A stretch of 64,000 nucleotides of DNA from Lama glama (lineage: Eukaryota). A program made the position numbers and the translations under genes. Where the stretch lies: NCBI GenBank assembly GCA_028534125.1, contig CM052818.1, positions 124,001 to 188,000 on the forward strand. Direction: 5' to 3'. The notes beneath the pieces were generated by a model that did no database searches, was not told the origin of the DNA, and saw only the letters and a program-made list of their open reading frames with translations. This document shows, one piece after another, positions 25,903 to 40,200 of this stretch; the stretch's first letter is position 1, and each line of letters starts with the position of its first letter.

Positions 25903-27612
25903 GTTTATACATTCTCTCATTTAACCCTTGCAGCAACCCTGAGGTAGGTGTTACCATCCCCGCTTTACAAAGGAGTGAACCGTTGTCCTAGGTTAGATGA
26001 CCTGCCGAAGATCATACGCTTATTAGTGGTAAAACCACTGATCATCCAGAACCAAGGGGACTCTCGAGTAATTCACAGGCTGCTGCCAAGGAAAAGTGGA
26101 GCTGAAAAGGTCAACCGGGAAAGGCTGGACCACTCACGGAGCTCAAGGGGGCCCCTGACCAGGGATGAATGAGGTACATACACGGGCCAAGACTGGAACT
26201 GAGCAGAAGCCCAGAACATCTGGGAGTCGTGAAGCAGGAAGGGGTCTTTAAGTTTGGTGCGAATTGACAGTGCCTTCAAAGATGTGCAGAGCCCACCTTC
26301 CAGGGAGTGGAGACACAAGAGGGTGTCCTGCAGCTGCCCGTCCAGGGGCTGGCCACAGGGCAGGTGTGGTGGGGCAGGAAGAACTGCCACTCAGTGGCAC
26401 CACCTCAGCCTGGCCAACACCTGGTGACCTTGGAGCAGTGGTCCTTTAACTCCATTAAGGCTTGAGAATCTGATGAGAGCCACAAACCCTCCCCCCACCC
26501 CCAGAAAAATACAGACACACATGTACGGAAGGCATTTTGCATATGGTTTCAGGGAGTCCGTGGACCCCAGGTGAACTCCGGCTTTAGAGCAAGGGTGTCA
26601 ACCTGAGTAAAGTCACTGACACAAACCTATCTTTGTGTAGCTTGTATTCCCTATGACTGTTCCCCTTCTGTCATCCCCTGATAGTGACAATAAATTTCAC
26701 GACATTCTAAATAGGAGCCAAGGGAAGGGGTCCAGCCAGAGGAAGAGAGCTGTGCATGGCAGTGGTGGCAGCCAGGAGGCAAAAACAAAGAGAAGGATGG
26801 GGTCACACGTATCACGTCCTTTCCCACCTTCCCAGAAGGTCACTTTGGGAGTTTTTCTCTACTCAACAGAAGAGTTGTGGGAGGTGATGGAGACAGGGCA
26901 GTGGTTTGTTTCCTTTTAGAAAGGAGAGCCGTTCCTTCACTGGCTACAGGGTATCAAGTTCTGCAGGTGGTGCCCGCATTCCTACCTGCCCCTGTCGGCC
27001 CCCCGGGAACACGCCCGAGCAGGGGCCCGGTCACCCGTGCAATTGTGGCCAGGTCTCCTACGAACACCCATGTATTTACACATGCTTTTCACAGAAGAAG
27101 GGGGACTGGTTTGGGAGGAGATCTCAGTGGATTAGATCAGAGAGATTCCATGTTGCAGTTTGGGGATCATGCGCTCCCCACAAAGAATCAGATAAACTGG
27201 GAGAAACAGCAAAGGACTCAGCACACATTAGCCCTCAGCCCCTTCCACAGCTCCTCCTTCTGGCCAGGGCCCAACCAGAAGGCAAAGTCATAGCGATGTC
27301 CTGGGCCCCAGCCCCAGACTAATGGGCCCAAGAGAGTGGGCTGAAGGGGTCATGGGGGGTTAGAGGACAAGGGTGGGAAAGGTCCCGATTACTGTAAGAG
27401 CAGTTCTGATCTCCCATGGGAGTCAGCCAATGGCCTGGCCCTGAGCCCGTCCAGGCCCAGAGAGGGCAGACCTCAGTGAAGTTCACGTGACCACTCAAGG
27501 GCCAAGGCGAACTCAGACGCCATGATGACTGTCCATGCCCAGTGACCCCCAGAGTCCCAGCAGTCACTCCATTCTGGTGGTCACTCATACACTAGTGGTC
27601 ACCTGCCCGGCC

Positions 27613-28223
27613 CTAGATGGATGTTTCATCACATGTGGCTAGAGGAGCCCCAGTGAGCCGAATGTGGGCTGGGCTTGGGCAAGGATCAAGCAGGAAGGGT
27701 GGAGGGAAGCCACCAAAGCCACTGCCCCTCTTGGCCAGGGCCAGGGGCAGACGCTCATCTTCAGGAGAGGGGGAGGGAGGGTCCTGGCTGTAGCTAGTGG
27801 TCCCAGAGGGCGGGACCCCTAGGTCCAAGCCCACCTTGTCTCTAGCCAGAAGCTCCCTCTGTCTCTGGCGCTGCTGACGCCGACCGATCAGGAGGAGAGT
27901 CAGGGATGCTACGAGAGCCCCCAGGAAGAAGCTGGCCAGTCCCGCCCCCACTGTGTGAGCCTGGCTGGGGGGGCCCTGCCGGCTGTCCCATACCAAGCTG
28001 TAAGCGGCTACCACCCGGGCTACCCCCCCCTCCTGACATTCACAGGCATAAGCGCCCATGGACCCTGGGGATATCACCACCTCTAGCCCATCCCGCCGGG
28101 GGGTAAGTGCAGTCACTCCGCTGGGCTGGTGCCACACACAGGATGCCCAGGCTGAGCCTGGGGAACATGGCAGGACGACATGAGCAGCGGTAGCCACAGG
28201 AACTTCAAACACCACTGGGTGCT
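27613..28223 (-). CDS. SEMA4F: SEMA4F exon 14 coding part (Ig-like, TM, cytoplasmic tail ...CDETSI*)
   Basis: gcag| acceptor; hydrophobic TM; stop TAG at 27615-27613. Confidence 0.96.
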
Positions 28224-31200
28224 CTGCAGAGACAGCAAAGGCACAAAAGGTGGTGGGGTTACAGGCTGGAGGTGTGAATGGAGAGAAATGTGGGGCGATA
28301 TCGGATACGAGAAGGGGCCATGGTGGACAAAGGTAAAAAGGGGATTCCTCAAGAGGGCAAGGCTCTGGGTCACTGGCTGCCATATCTTCCAGGATCCAGG
28401 TTTTAACGTAGGTCCAAAGAGGACAATTCTCTGTGCCCCTTCCATCCACTTCACCCACGTTTCCCTAAACCATACGCACCTCCGGGCTCTTTAGGACACA
28501 AAGAAGAGACATCCGCTGACTCTATGTCTTGGACCAACCTATAAAGAAGAGAATGCTTGATCAATCCAGTGTCAGCATCCCCTTCCACCCTCCTCAGCAC
28601 CAGTGAACATTCACTCATCCGGTACAGTCCCCATCATCTCATAAATCACTTTAAGAATTATCTGTCAACATTCTCTTCATCACCAAATTTTTCCCCAGTA
28701 CCTCTTATAATCATGACACTTGCCACATCAAATTCTACAAATACTTCTAGCAGACTACAGAGAATTAAATTTGCTTGAGGTCTATCAGGAAGAAGTCTGG
28801 TGGGGGTGATTTAAAAGAAACAAAGGGACTTTCCAAGAAATGTTAACTGGCTGTCCACAACCACAAGATCTCTCTGGAAATCTTCTCTGTTAAAAGATTT
28901 CTCTATTAAGGGAAAGAGAAAATTTCTTTTCTATAAAAGCTAATCAAAATTCTGAGAGGGTCAGTAAGATGACTTTTTGTTTCAGAAAAATAGTTCGGCT
29001 AAGGATGCATCCGTGGTTGTCACTAGCTCTCAGCTGGTACTGAACACAGGGGGAATGAATCATCCACAGAACGTGTGAAAGTGTAAAGACTGGACCCTGA
29101 GGAAGGAGCTGGATTCATACATAAAACAGAAACAGACTCACAGACATAGAAAACACACTTATGGTTACCAGGTGGGAAGGGATGAACTGGGAGTTCGAGA
29201 TTTGCAGATACTGACAGGTATATATAAAATAGATAAACAAGTACATACTGTATAGCACAGGGAAATATATTCAATATCTTGCAGTAACTTACAGTGAAAA
29301 AGAATATGGAAACGAATATATGTATATTCATGTACAACTGAAGAATTGGGCTGTACACCAGAAATTGACACAACATTGTAAACTGACTATACTTCAATAA
29401 AAAGTAAAAAATTAAAAAAAAAAGCTGGATGGAAAAGGAACCAGTAAGGGAGACAGACTGGTGAGGTAGGGAGGAAAATCAGGAGAACGCAGAGTCCTCG
29501 GAGGCGAGAGGATCGTGTATTTCAAGGAGGGAAGGAGGGATTTGTCAGCTGTGAGAATGCTTCTAAGAGCTCTTGTAAAATGAAAACGAAGTGAATGACC
29601 ATGTGGAAATCAATCACACAGTCAAGGAAGGTCCAGCAGAGAGGTGGAGACACTGATGGGACAGCACCAGATGGACAGACAGGTAAGTTAGCACAGACTG
29701 ACAGATGGATACACAAGAGACCCTAAGAAACACACAAACAGAGACAGGGCAGCATTAACAGATGAGAAACACAGACAGACGTGGGTGGGCCGGAGCCCCA
29801 GGATATCAGGCGAGTGAGCAGCGCAGCCACTCACCCTCCACGCTCCCCGGCATGGGCCACACACGCATCCAGCCGGAAGCTCCAGGCGCAGACGGGGTCC
29901 TGGGCCAGGATGCACTCCGAGCAGCTCTGGAGACGGCCGCAGTCGGTTGTGTTCACTTGCGTCACCTCAGTTCGGGAGCCAATCAGGAGCCAGTTCTATG
30001 GAAAGGGAGTGGGGAAGAAGGATGCACTGGGTCTCCCAGACCTCAGGGTCACAGACTGGCCCTGGACTCGGCCGTCTCCCCACCAGATTTGCTGAAAGCT
30101 ACAACTCACTTGATACAATTTCATACTGTCAACTGGCTGCGGCTCTGGGAATAGGGCCAGATCCTCGAGGACGCTGAGCTGGGCCCCGATCTGCACTGCT
30201 CGGTGGAGGTGTCCATCCCCTAGGAAACAGGCAAGGGGCAAGACGTGGTAATGCAGGCATCCCTGTGCCTGTGACTCTGACACCTGTACGTATGGGGCCC
30301 CCGTGACAAGAGCCTGTGTGCACTGGATAGGCAGCTTGCTTGGCCATGACACATACCTGTCCCCAGGTAGAGCACATCATACTCTTTCCCTGAGAGGCTG
30401 GGCACCCTGTGGGCCACGAGCCTGAGATAGGCCGTATCTGTAGTGACCAGCACGGAGTGGCCATCCGCTGGAAACACTGGCTTGTCCATGAGTGGGTGGT
30501 CCCGGATGAAGGTGAGCACACGGTCAGGCAGGAAGAGCGAGGAGCTGAACTGCTGGAGCTTCATGTTGTTGGTGATGCACTAGGGGGAAACACAGGGTGC
30601 ACGGCCAGGCTTCCCAGGGGCCGGGAAGTGTCTGTGATGCTTAGATGGGCCTGGTCCTAAAGGGGCAATTCAGGCACCGCGTGGGATAAGGAACTGTCCC
30701 CTGCCCCCTCACCTCCCCGGGTCTGGGCTGCGGCACGTCATTGTCCATGACAGGCAGTCCCCTGTTGCAGTCATGTCTCAGCTCTCTGAAGGAACCATTC
30801 AGCACCGTCCGAATGTCTTGTGGGCGGAAGGCACACACAGCAGACATGGCAGCCCCTTCCCTAGAAGAGGCAGCCACATGTTCGAGCCAGATATTTGGAG
30901 GAAATTGGGGGAGGCAACTCACCCTGACAAATGCGATGCCGCACGAGAGATGCTCCAGGGCGCGGGGAAGCACCCCCGACTCCGGAGGACAGAGCTTTGA
31001 CCCCACCGAGCCCAGGTGTCGCCCACCCTGTAACTCTCCACAGCAGGACCCCTCACCACTGGGAAGAAAAGATGCCATAAAAGATGGGGGTCCCTCCTCC
31101 GTGCGCAGGTCGAAGAATGGCCATGTCCTGCAGGACGCTGGCGGCCTGGCCATGCTCAGGACCTGGACACAGCAGGTCGGCCTTCAGAAAAGTCGTCCAC

Positions 31201-34200
31201 TTCTGCTGGAGAGTCTTCCGGCCCCCAAGATCCCCCTGGGGTAACAAGCACATGGGAGTTCTCTTTAGAAGACCAACACTGGGGGAGGACTGCGGAGACC
31301 AACACAAGTTCCCCCAGACAGACAGAGAGGGAGACAGACACACAGGACATCTGTCTATGCATGCAGGGCAGAGACACAGACAGAGTAACTGAGGAGGGCA
31401 GGGCGACAACAATGATGGTGACTAAGTTCACTGTGCACTTATGAATTACTGTACCTCGCGCTTTACATAATTTACCTCCTTTAGTCCTCAAAACAGCCCT
31501 CAGAGCTAGGCGTCATTAACACCCTCGTCTGTAAGGATGCTGCCCAGTCACAGAGGCAGTCAGCAGTGCGGCAGGGACCTGAACCCACGTCTGTCTGTCT
31601 ATAGTTCCTGCCTTTAACCTCTGCACTACCTCCTGGGGACAGTGTCACAAGGGTAATTACGGGGGTAGAAGAGGCCAGAGTCCTTCCCCACATTCCTCAG
31701 GCTCCCAGAAAAGTAGCCAAGGCCCAGCAAAAAGGGAGACAGGGGACAGATGCAAAGACAGAGACCCAGAGAGGGAAAGACAGGACAACAGGCAGCAGAG
31801 CAAACAGGACAGGCAGCTGGGGGCAGAGCCTCACCGCGCACACACGGGCCACCCTCGGGACCTTAAAGTGCTCGTATGAGTCAAACGCTCGGGAAATCTC
31901 CGTAAAGAAGAAGTAGATTTCATCGTCTCCGTCTTCATCCCCCCACTCGGCTGGGCTCAAGGCCACGGCTGCAGCGAAGGCTGGGGCTGGGGAGACCAGC
32001 GGCCTCAGATTCCACAGACACAGCCTGGGGCCACCCAGCCGCCACCCACTGTGTCCCCAGATAGCCAGCACTCCCTCCTCTCCCCACCGTTAAGCCAGGA
32101 TGGCAAGGTCTCTGTGCGAATCCAGTCCTCAGCACGACCCACAGCCCGGGAGATGATCGACTGGGTCCCCAGGTAGTTTTTCACAGTGGCCGTGTAGAGG
32201 ACGCCCCCTGCAAGGGCGACAGGATGGAGAGGGACTGTCAGAGACTCACTGAGGAAGCAGAGGGGGTCGCAGGCCGAGCAGGGAGCACAGCGGGGGTAAG
32301 AAATCGCAGGCAATGCTAAGCATGGTGGCCACTCTCTCCCTTAAACAAAGGGCTACAGGGCAGTGAAGGGAACCAGGAACCAGTCCCTGTGGAAACTGAG
32401 ATGTTTTTTGTTGTTGGTCTGTTTCTTGTTATTTTTAAGGCCTATCTATCCTGTAATATGCTAATTACACGGTAATTTTTCAGGAAGGGTTTGCTCTGCA
32501 GCACGTTCCCATCTCACTGGAGTTCTCCCGCTGTGTAAACTTCTGAGGGTCAGTGGGTGTGTGCGGCCGTGGAACAAGTCACAGCTTTAGCGTATGTTAG
32601 CATCACTTCAGGAACTGATCCAAATGCAGATTCCTGGGCCCTGGGCCCAGCAATGCTCACTCAGTAGGGTTGGGGATGTGGCCCAAGAGCTACATTTCAA
32701 ACAAGCAGTTGGAATTACCCCGACATGGGTGGTTCAAGAGCTCACTTTGAGAAATACCAACCTAGAAGATCACTGCATGTCCCGCTGCCAGCCACGGGAA
32801 GCAACGAGGATCAGATCCTCTCCTGGTTCAGTTGGGGGACAGAAGTGCTCTAGGGACCGCGGGGATTGGAGAAGAGAGGGGATCACAGGCATTCTGGGAA
32901 GGAAGGGCAGCTGCAGCTCTGTGGGCTGAATGCCAGAGGACCAGAGCCACTCTGAGTAACAAGGCCAAGGCCTCGGATGTGAGTGGAGAAGTCACACAGG
33001 GGCAATAAAAGGTCACAGATCCCCTGGTGGAGTTCTGAGTATCACAGGGACTCTGGAGAGAACAGAGAAGCATTCCTTCATCACCTGTTACATAAAAGGC
33101 CCTGTGCTGGGTGCTAAGCATGTCACTGCCCCCCCCGCAAGAATTCCCACTGGAGTCTGGAAGACAAACTGGAATCAGACACCAGGTGGCATGGACTCAG
33201 ATGTGTGCAGGAGCACAGAGGACCCAGGCACGTCTCACTGGGGGAGCAGCATCTCAGAGGTAACGTCTGAGCTGCGTCTGAAGAATGAGCAATATGCCGG
33301 CCAGGACTTCAGAAGAGGGGAGCCGTGTTCAGGGATGTGGGGACCCCCCGTGGCTGAAGCTCTGGCAGGGCTCAGGGGCTCCGGGGCAAGTGAGCAGAGA
33401 TGAGCCGGAGGGGTAGAGACAGGCACCCCACAGTGATGAGTCTGCTCTGCCAGGGAAATGTGCACTTTAGCCTAAAGGTGAGAATCAAACTGAGATTTTT
33501 CTTGAGGAGGAGTGACGTAATGGTTTTGGTTTTAAAGAAGACAGTGCTAGTTACAAGGCCCTTCACACAGTCCAGGCAAGAACGGAGGGCCTGAACAAGG
33601 CACTGGCAGAGGGAGAAAGGGGGATGGATTGGAGGGCTATTTCAGAGGCAGAGCCCATTAACAAGATTTGAAAATCGACTGAGTATGAGATGTGAAAGAA
33701 TGGAGTAAAATAACGCCTGTAAGGTTTCCACTTAGAGGATGGATGACAGTAGATGGTGATGCTATGAACCACGTGAAGAAATGGTAAAAGGCTCAGAAAG
33801 GAGGTGGCTGGAGAGAGGTGAGTTCAGTTGTTGGACACACTAAGGGTGAAGCACCTTCAGGACACCTGGTGGAGATACTGGAAGGCAATCAAACAGAAAG
33901 GTGTGGGCAACACAGGCAGCAGGGCCAGAGTCAGACAGCTTGGTAGTCCTGACGGCCAGGGAGAAAGGAAATTGAGAAGAGAGCCCTGAGGCACCACCAT
34001 TTGAAGGCAATCAGAGAAGATCGAGCCAGAGAGGCTGGAGGAGACTTTTCTTGCTTGGGAACCCCAGCAGGACCCTGAGGGCACGTGCGCTGAAGCAGCA
34101 GCGAGCAGGGCCTCTGTGGGGGGGCCCGGGGTCACAGAAGCTTGAGTGGAGCTGCATGTCTCAGGCATTGAAAAGATAACCACTGATACTTTGAAAACAC

Positions 34201-37200
34201 TTTAATGCAGAGCAAAAAGGGCCAGGAGCCCTCTGAGGGCAACAAGGAAAGATTAGAAAATCCCTTCCTTACAGGGTAGGGAGGGGAGACTTGGGTTTGT
34301 GAAAAGAATCCAAGCACTTTGGGGCCAGGAAGGCTTGGGTCTGCACACTTACTACTAGTAAGATCTCAGGCAAGTTAACCTTTCTCAGCCCCGAGTTCCT
34401 CAAATGCAGACTGAGGAGCCCACCACCTTCCACTCAGAGGGGAGCTAAGGAGGCCGCCCCAGGCAGGGCCTGGCACATGGCTGCCATTCAACACGTGTTA
34501 GTTGCAGCTCCTTATGAACCATAAGGGGCCATAGGCTTGATCTGCTGCCATAGGTGGGGAGGGGGTAAGGCGGGAAGCCCCATGGAAAAGACCGGCAGGA
34601 CCCCCAGGCAGGGCCACTACCTCCTGCCAGGACCATCCGGTTCCCTGGCCCAGAGGCTCTATCTCACTTTTTGCCTCTGAGGCAGCTTACTTCTAGGAAA
34701 CTGGAACTTACCCCTAAAATTCTACTGGTTTCCTGAGCTCACTCCTGATTGGTCCATTTGTAGTACTTCATTTGCATGGAGCACACTCCTGATTGGTTAT
34801 TTCTCTCCCTCCTGATTGGTCCATTTCTACAAAGCTTGTTCCTAATTAGTCAACTTTTGTTATACTTTATTTGCATATGATGTTGCAAAGTGTAAACTGG
34901 CAGCCTATAAAGGCCTGTGTAAGCCTACAGACGGGGTCCAGAGCTTGCAGTGTTAACTCCCTTGGGTCCACTGGCATAATAAACCTGAATTCTCCAACTC
35001 TCCGAGTTCTGCTTGGTCTCTCGACGGATCCATGTTGCTGTCACAACTGAGCTGTAACACTAAGCTGTAACACTGAGCTGTGACACACTTTTCTGCAACA
35101 GGGGACAACCATAAAATGACATCCCATTCCCTTCCAGGTATGTCAGGAGGGGAAAAAAAAAATCAGGTTTGGGGCAAAGGTTCTGGCAGCAAACAGAGCA
35201 ACAAATGAGGCAACCCTTAGCTCCAGGGGGGAAAAGTTGATATAGAAGCCAGAACTGTAATGAAAACTTTCCCTAAAAAGGTGTCATACACAAAACACTC
35301 TAAAAGCAAAACTCTGACAGAAGCTGTGTCATGGATACCCTGAGAATGGGGGAAATGTGGTGGAGGAGACAGTTATGTATATTTTGGAAGCATTACTTGG
35401 TGTGTTTAGGCAGGGGGTGGGGGTGGGGGGAGTCATAAATATTCTAGAAACATGGAAAGGACCACAGATAACCATGCAAGGACCTAGTGGTGGACGGAGG
35501 TAAAGTCCCAAAACGTTCTCAGGGATCAATGACAGTCAATTTCACATATTCTGTTGCACTGTTCATATAATAAAATATCCCTGTATGTGCAACTGTTTGG
35601 CAAATTATTACTGAATAGATCAAGCCAGAAAACATGAAACACACATCTGCTATTGGCAAAAGCGGATGTGCAAAAGAGAGTGACGCCCACAGTGTCGAGC
35701 TCAGCGAACAAGCTGGTTAGAAAAAAAAGACCAGGCATAATTCAACCCAATTTTTAAAAATACGTATATATGTCTGCAGGCACAGGGAAGACTGAAGGAA
35801 CTACAGCTCTACAGTGCTACTGATGTTTGTTTCTGACTAATGAAATTACAAGTGATTTTCATGTTCTTTGTACTTTTTTATATGCACTGATTTTTTTTTT
35901 TTTTTGTAGTTAGCATCTTTTCTTTTTAGAACCTTCCAAATTAAGACACTTGCATTTTGGAAATATAAGAGGAAAAATAATAAGATTGAAAGCCACCAAG
36001 ATGAAGAATCACAGTCAAAGAAAAATCACAATTACGTGTGGAAACAGACCTCTACCTGCTCAGAGGTAGAGCCTGTGAATGTAGGCCTCCCACATATGTT
36101 AACAACCCAACACAGACAGGCTTGGATATGAGCCATGATGGTGACTATTTCACTAAACGCTGGGGGGTTCAAATTTTCACTCTGGTAACAAAACGCTCAC
36201 TTTCACACAAGGTTTACAATAGAAAGTTGCCATTTACTTGCTTTAAAAAGAGGGTTTTAAACATGACCTGGCCTTCCTTCCTCTACTCCTTTTTCTTCTC
36301 ACAGTCAGAGCTTCACAGGAGAGACAGCTCCTGCCCTAATAGTCTCCATTTCCTTGTCTAAGAATTAAGCCAGCTGTATATATTTTTTCTTTTTAAACAG
36401 CCTAATACCAGGACATAATTATAGATCATTGGAGACGCAGGGTTTACTCTGCTTTTTCCACTGCTGGCCATATAGGATTCCTGTAACTATCTTGTTTGGG
36501 TGTGTGAATGCTAGTATTGGGGCACACACACATGGATTTAAGAGAAAAGCTTGACCCTAAAACGCTGGCAACACCCTAGTGCATTGGGAACACATGCAAT
36601 ACTCCAGGACAGATGCAATAATCACAAGATGCAATCAGCCCAAAAGGAGACAATGAAAACACAAGATGGGCTGTCAAAGAGAAAGAGCAAAAGCTCCCTT
36701 CTTCTGTTCTTGATAAAAGCCCAATTTATTACTGGATGTGATAGAGAGGACCAAAGATAACTGATCACTGTCTCCAGCTTGGGACCTTGGGTCATGGCAC
36801 TGTGCACTCACAGGAGGGGACACTGGTGGAGGAGAAGGTCCGGGGTAGCTCAGTTTGAGATACGCTGATTTTGAGATTCCTGTGGTACACTGAATTGGAG
36901 ATGTCTGGAAAGCAGCTGGATGTGAGGTCTGTAGCTCCAGATAATGGATGAGAAGTATCAAAATACAGTGGACACAGAACCCCTGGGGCTGGCCGACATC
37001 CCAATTACACAGAATGCAAGAGAAGAGGATCTTGGGTGGAGCTCCAAAACTGAAAGGATGAGCAGAAGACAAAAATCCTACAGGGAAGACAGAAGGAACT
37101 GCGAACATCCTTGGGCTCCTGTTAATGTTACTGTCAAAACATCTGAATTTTTCCAAACTGGAATACTTCAAATAGAGACCTTGAGATCATTTTGTTAATC

Positions 37201-40200
37201 TTCTCTAAGATTAATGTTATATTTGAAGACAAGATTTCTGAGGCTTTTTCCTAAAGAAATCCAAGACCAATAAACACGTGAAAAGCTGTTCACTCTCACT
37301 AATTGAAATGCAAATCAAAAGCATCAGATTGGACTTTGGAGGAAGGCACTGTTGTATGTTTATTAACTATATTTTTAGGGACTGACAGGGTATAATGAAA
37401 CAGGCCCTCTCACCACTGCTGGCAGGACTAACTGGAGAGCAGTTTGGCCAAGACCATCAAGCATGATAAAAATCTTTTACATCCTTTGGCCCAGCAATCC
37501 TGCTTTTTGGATTAATTCATGCAGGTGATTATATTCATGTAAAGGATTTACATAAACATTTATGTTAAAGGATTCCTTCTGCAACATTATTTATAAAAGA
37601 AATTATTTTAAAATCTGAATGTATAATTATATGGGAGTAATTAAATAATTGTGCTCCATCCATATGATGAAAGAGAAAGTCATCATTAAAACTCATGTTT
37701 GAATAATTAAATTCTATGATGAGAAAATGTTCAGCATACAATAGTAAGTGAAGTACACGTGATAATTCCAGCTTATTACAAATACACACAAGAGTGTAAG
37801 AAAACACTCCAAAATAATAACAGTGGCTAGCTGGTGATGACTGAATTACAATCAACTTTTCACTTTCTTCTTTATATATTTCTATATTTTCTCAATTTTC
37901 TATAATGCACATTGCAATTTTCATAATTTAAAGTAAAAAATGTTCCTGCTTTTATATTCTAACATTTTCATTACTAAGAGCTCTTTTTATCTCAAAATAC
38001 CTCCATTATCCTTAAGAACAGCTGTATAGCTCTGAACTGGGAATTTTGATTCTAATTCTTAAATAATGTCGCCAGTATTTCCTATACTGCTATTTTCAAA
38101 ACAGAGGGATAATGGATCAACACTGGAAGCTCCAACTAAACACTGGCACTTATGTCTGACCAAGAAAAAATATAAATCATAGCCTTCTCAAGAACTGCAG
38201 AGGAAAACTTGCAATATTGATACAGGCTATTATTTGGATCTGAGACAGAAAAAGCCATGGAGGTTCTACGTTAACTGTCTTGAGCTAGTCATTCTAAACC
38301 ATTAGAAAGTGATTTCTTATCACCTCCATCAATCATCAGCTGAAAGGCAACACTGAATTTCATTATCTTGGGGAAAGGAAAAAAAAAGACTTGAAATCTC
38401 TTTGAAAATGTTCTTTGTTAAATATGATCTTATTTATGAAATTTGTATCCATAGACTACAAGCTAATGTGAATCCAACTGCTGAGTGGAACGCAGACAAA
38501 ATACACACAGAGGGTTGAATATACTTCAAGATCACTGCTTGAAACAAAAAGAAAAGTTAATTATTTTAGATTGTTGCCATTGAGAAGTCATTTTGTTGAT
38601 TAACAATTATACAGCATCAAGAGACATTCACAGTTGCTAAAACTGAGAAATCTTTCTTAATGAGCCTAATGACTGGCTCAGAGTTTTGCCCAAAATGCTT
38701 GACAAAAAGCCAAGAAAAATAAACTATTAACTAAACTCTTATTCAGATATGTATGAGTATAAACAAGTCTCACTGATTTCAACTGTAGATGAATAATAAA
38801 AATGACAACCCAAATATTGTATCTACTAGCTATATACTTTATGTTCATTTTCCAAAATTGTTATTTCATTGCATTTTAGAAAAGGTAAATCACTGACACA
38901 ATGAGTGATTTAATTCATATAGCTTTTAAGACTTTTCCTACAAATGAAGTCATGCATAAGAAAAGTTTCATTGTTAGATCTTTTAGCCCGATTTCTGTTT
39001 CCCATCAAATACTGTCCAAAAGTATTGGTAAAAATTAACTTTATGATAAAGTTCGCAGGAACTTTAGCGATGAAAGGTAGAAACAGTATGATGCATGATG
39101 CTAAGTCAACTGATTAGCTAGCTGGAGAAAATCAATTTGGATTCCCTTCTCATGCCATTTGTCAAAACAAGTTCCAAATAGATCAAAGAGTTAAATGTTC
39201 GGGGGGAAAATTTTGTTGTTGTTGTTGAAATATAGTTGATTTACAATGTTGTGTTAGTTTCTGGTGCACAGCATGATGATTCAATTGCACATATAGAAAT
39301 TCTTTTTCATATTCTTTTAGGGGAAAATTTTTTAAGAAGAAAATCTTATCTGCTCTCTAACTGAAGAAGGATTTAGCTTAAAAAATATAATCACAAAGAA
39401 AAAAATGTAGATTGGAACACGAATATCCTACCTGAGGATCGGCCCAAGAACATGAGCAGAGGACTGACCAAAGAAGAAATAAAAATAGATGCTAAAACAC
39501 AAAAAAAGCTCAACTTTGCTAATATTCAAAGACATGTAAATCAAAACAAGGTGCCATTTTTAGCTTCAAATTAGCACAAAATAAATTTAATGAGAATACT
39601 ACAGTGTGGTGAACTTTATGTGAGAAAAAAACTCGCATTCACTGCTGATTTAGGGTGTAAATTGGTATACCCTTTCTAAAAACTCAATTAGCAACAGATA
39701 ATGAGCCATAAAATATTCACACCCTTTAGCAGAGTAATCCAAGAGACTTAAGGACACAGTGTAAAGTGAGGATAAAAATTTATGGACAAAAATGTGCATT
39801 ACAGTATTGCAGACAATAGCAAAAACTTTGAAGTAAACTAAATAAACTTGAAAATAAATGTACATGATTCAGAATTCCTTAATTAAATTATGGTATGCTC
39901 AGAGGATGAGTAGTATGGTGTCAGTAAAATTTTTATCTACAAAGAATTTTAATTTTTTTTTTATCCTTCTGAGGGATACTTTTTTAAATTGTATTTTTTT
40001 CTTTTTTTGATGTGGGGGTAGGTAATTAGGTTTATTTATCTTTGGAGGAAGTACTGGGGATTGAACCCAGGACCTTGTGCATGCTAAGCATGCACTCTAC
40101 CATTTGAACTACACCCTCCCCACTAAAGAATTTTTTAATTATATAGAAATGCCTATGATATAAAGTTACATGACAATACTCACAACTGTATCCACGTTGC

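Noticed and set aside
28224..28458. N-terminal extension of the 281-aa ORF
   Set aside because: Intron 13 read-through; the true acceptor is at 28224-28225.
38000..39080. AT-rich intronic block as a hidden pseudogene or transposase
   Set aside because: The frames I translated gave no recognizable peptide; it cannot be supported without a search.
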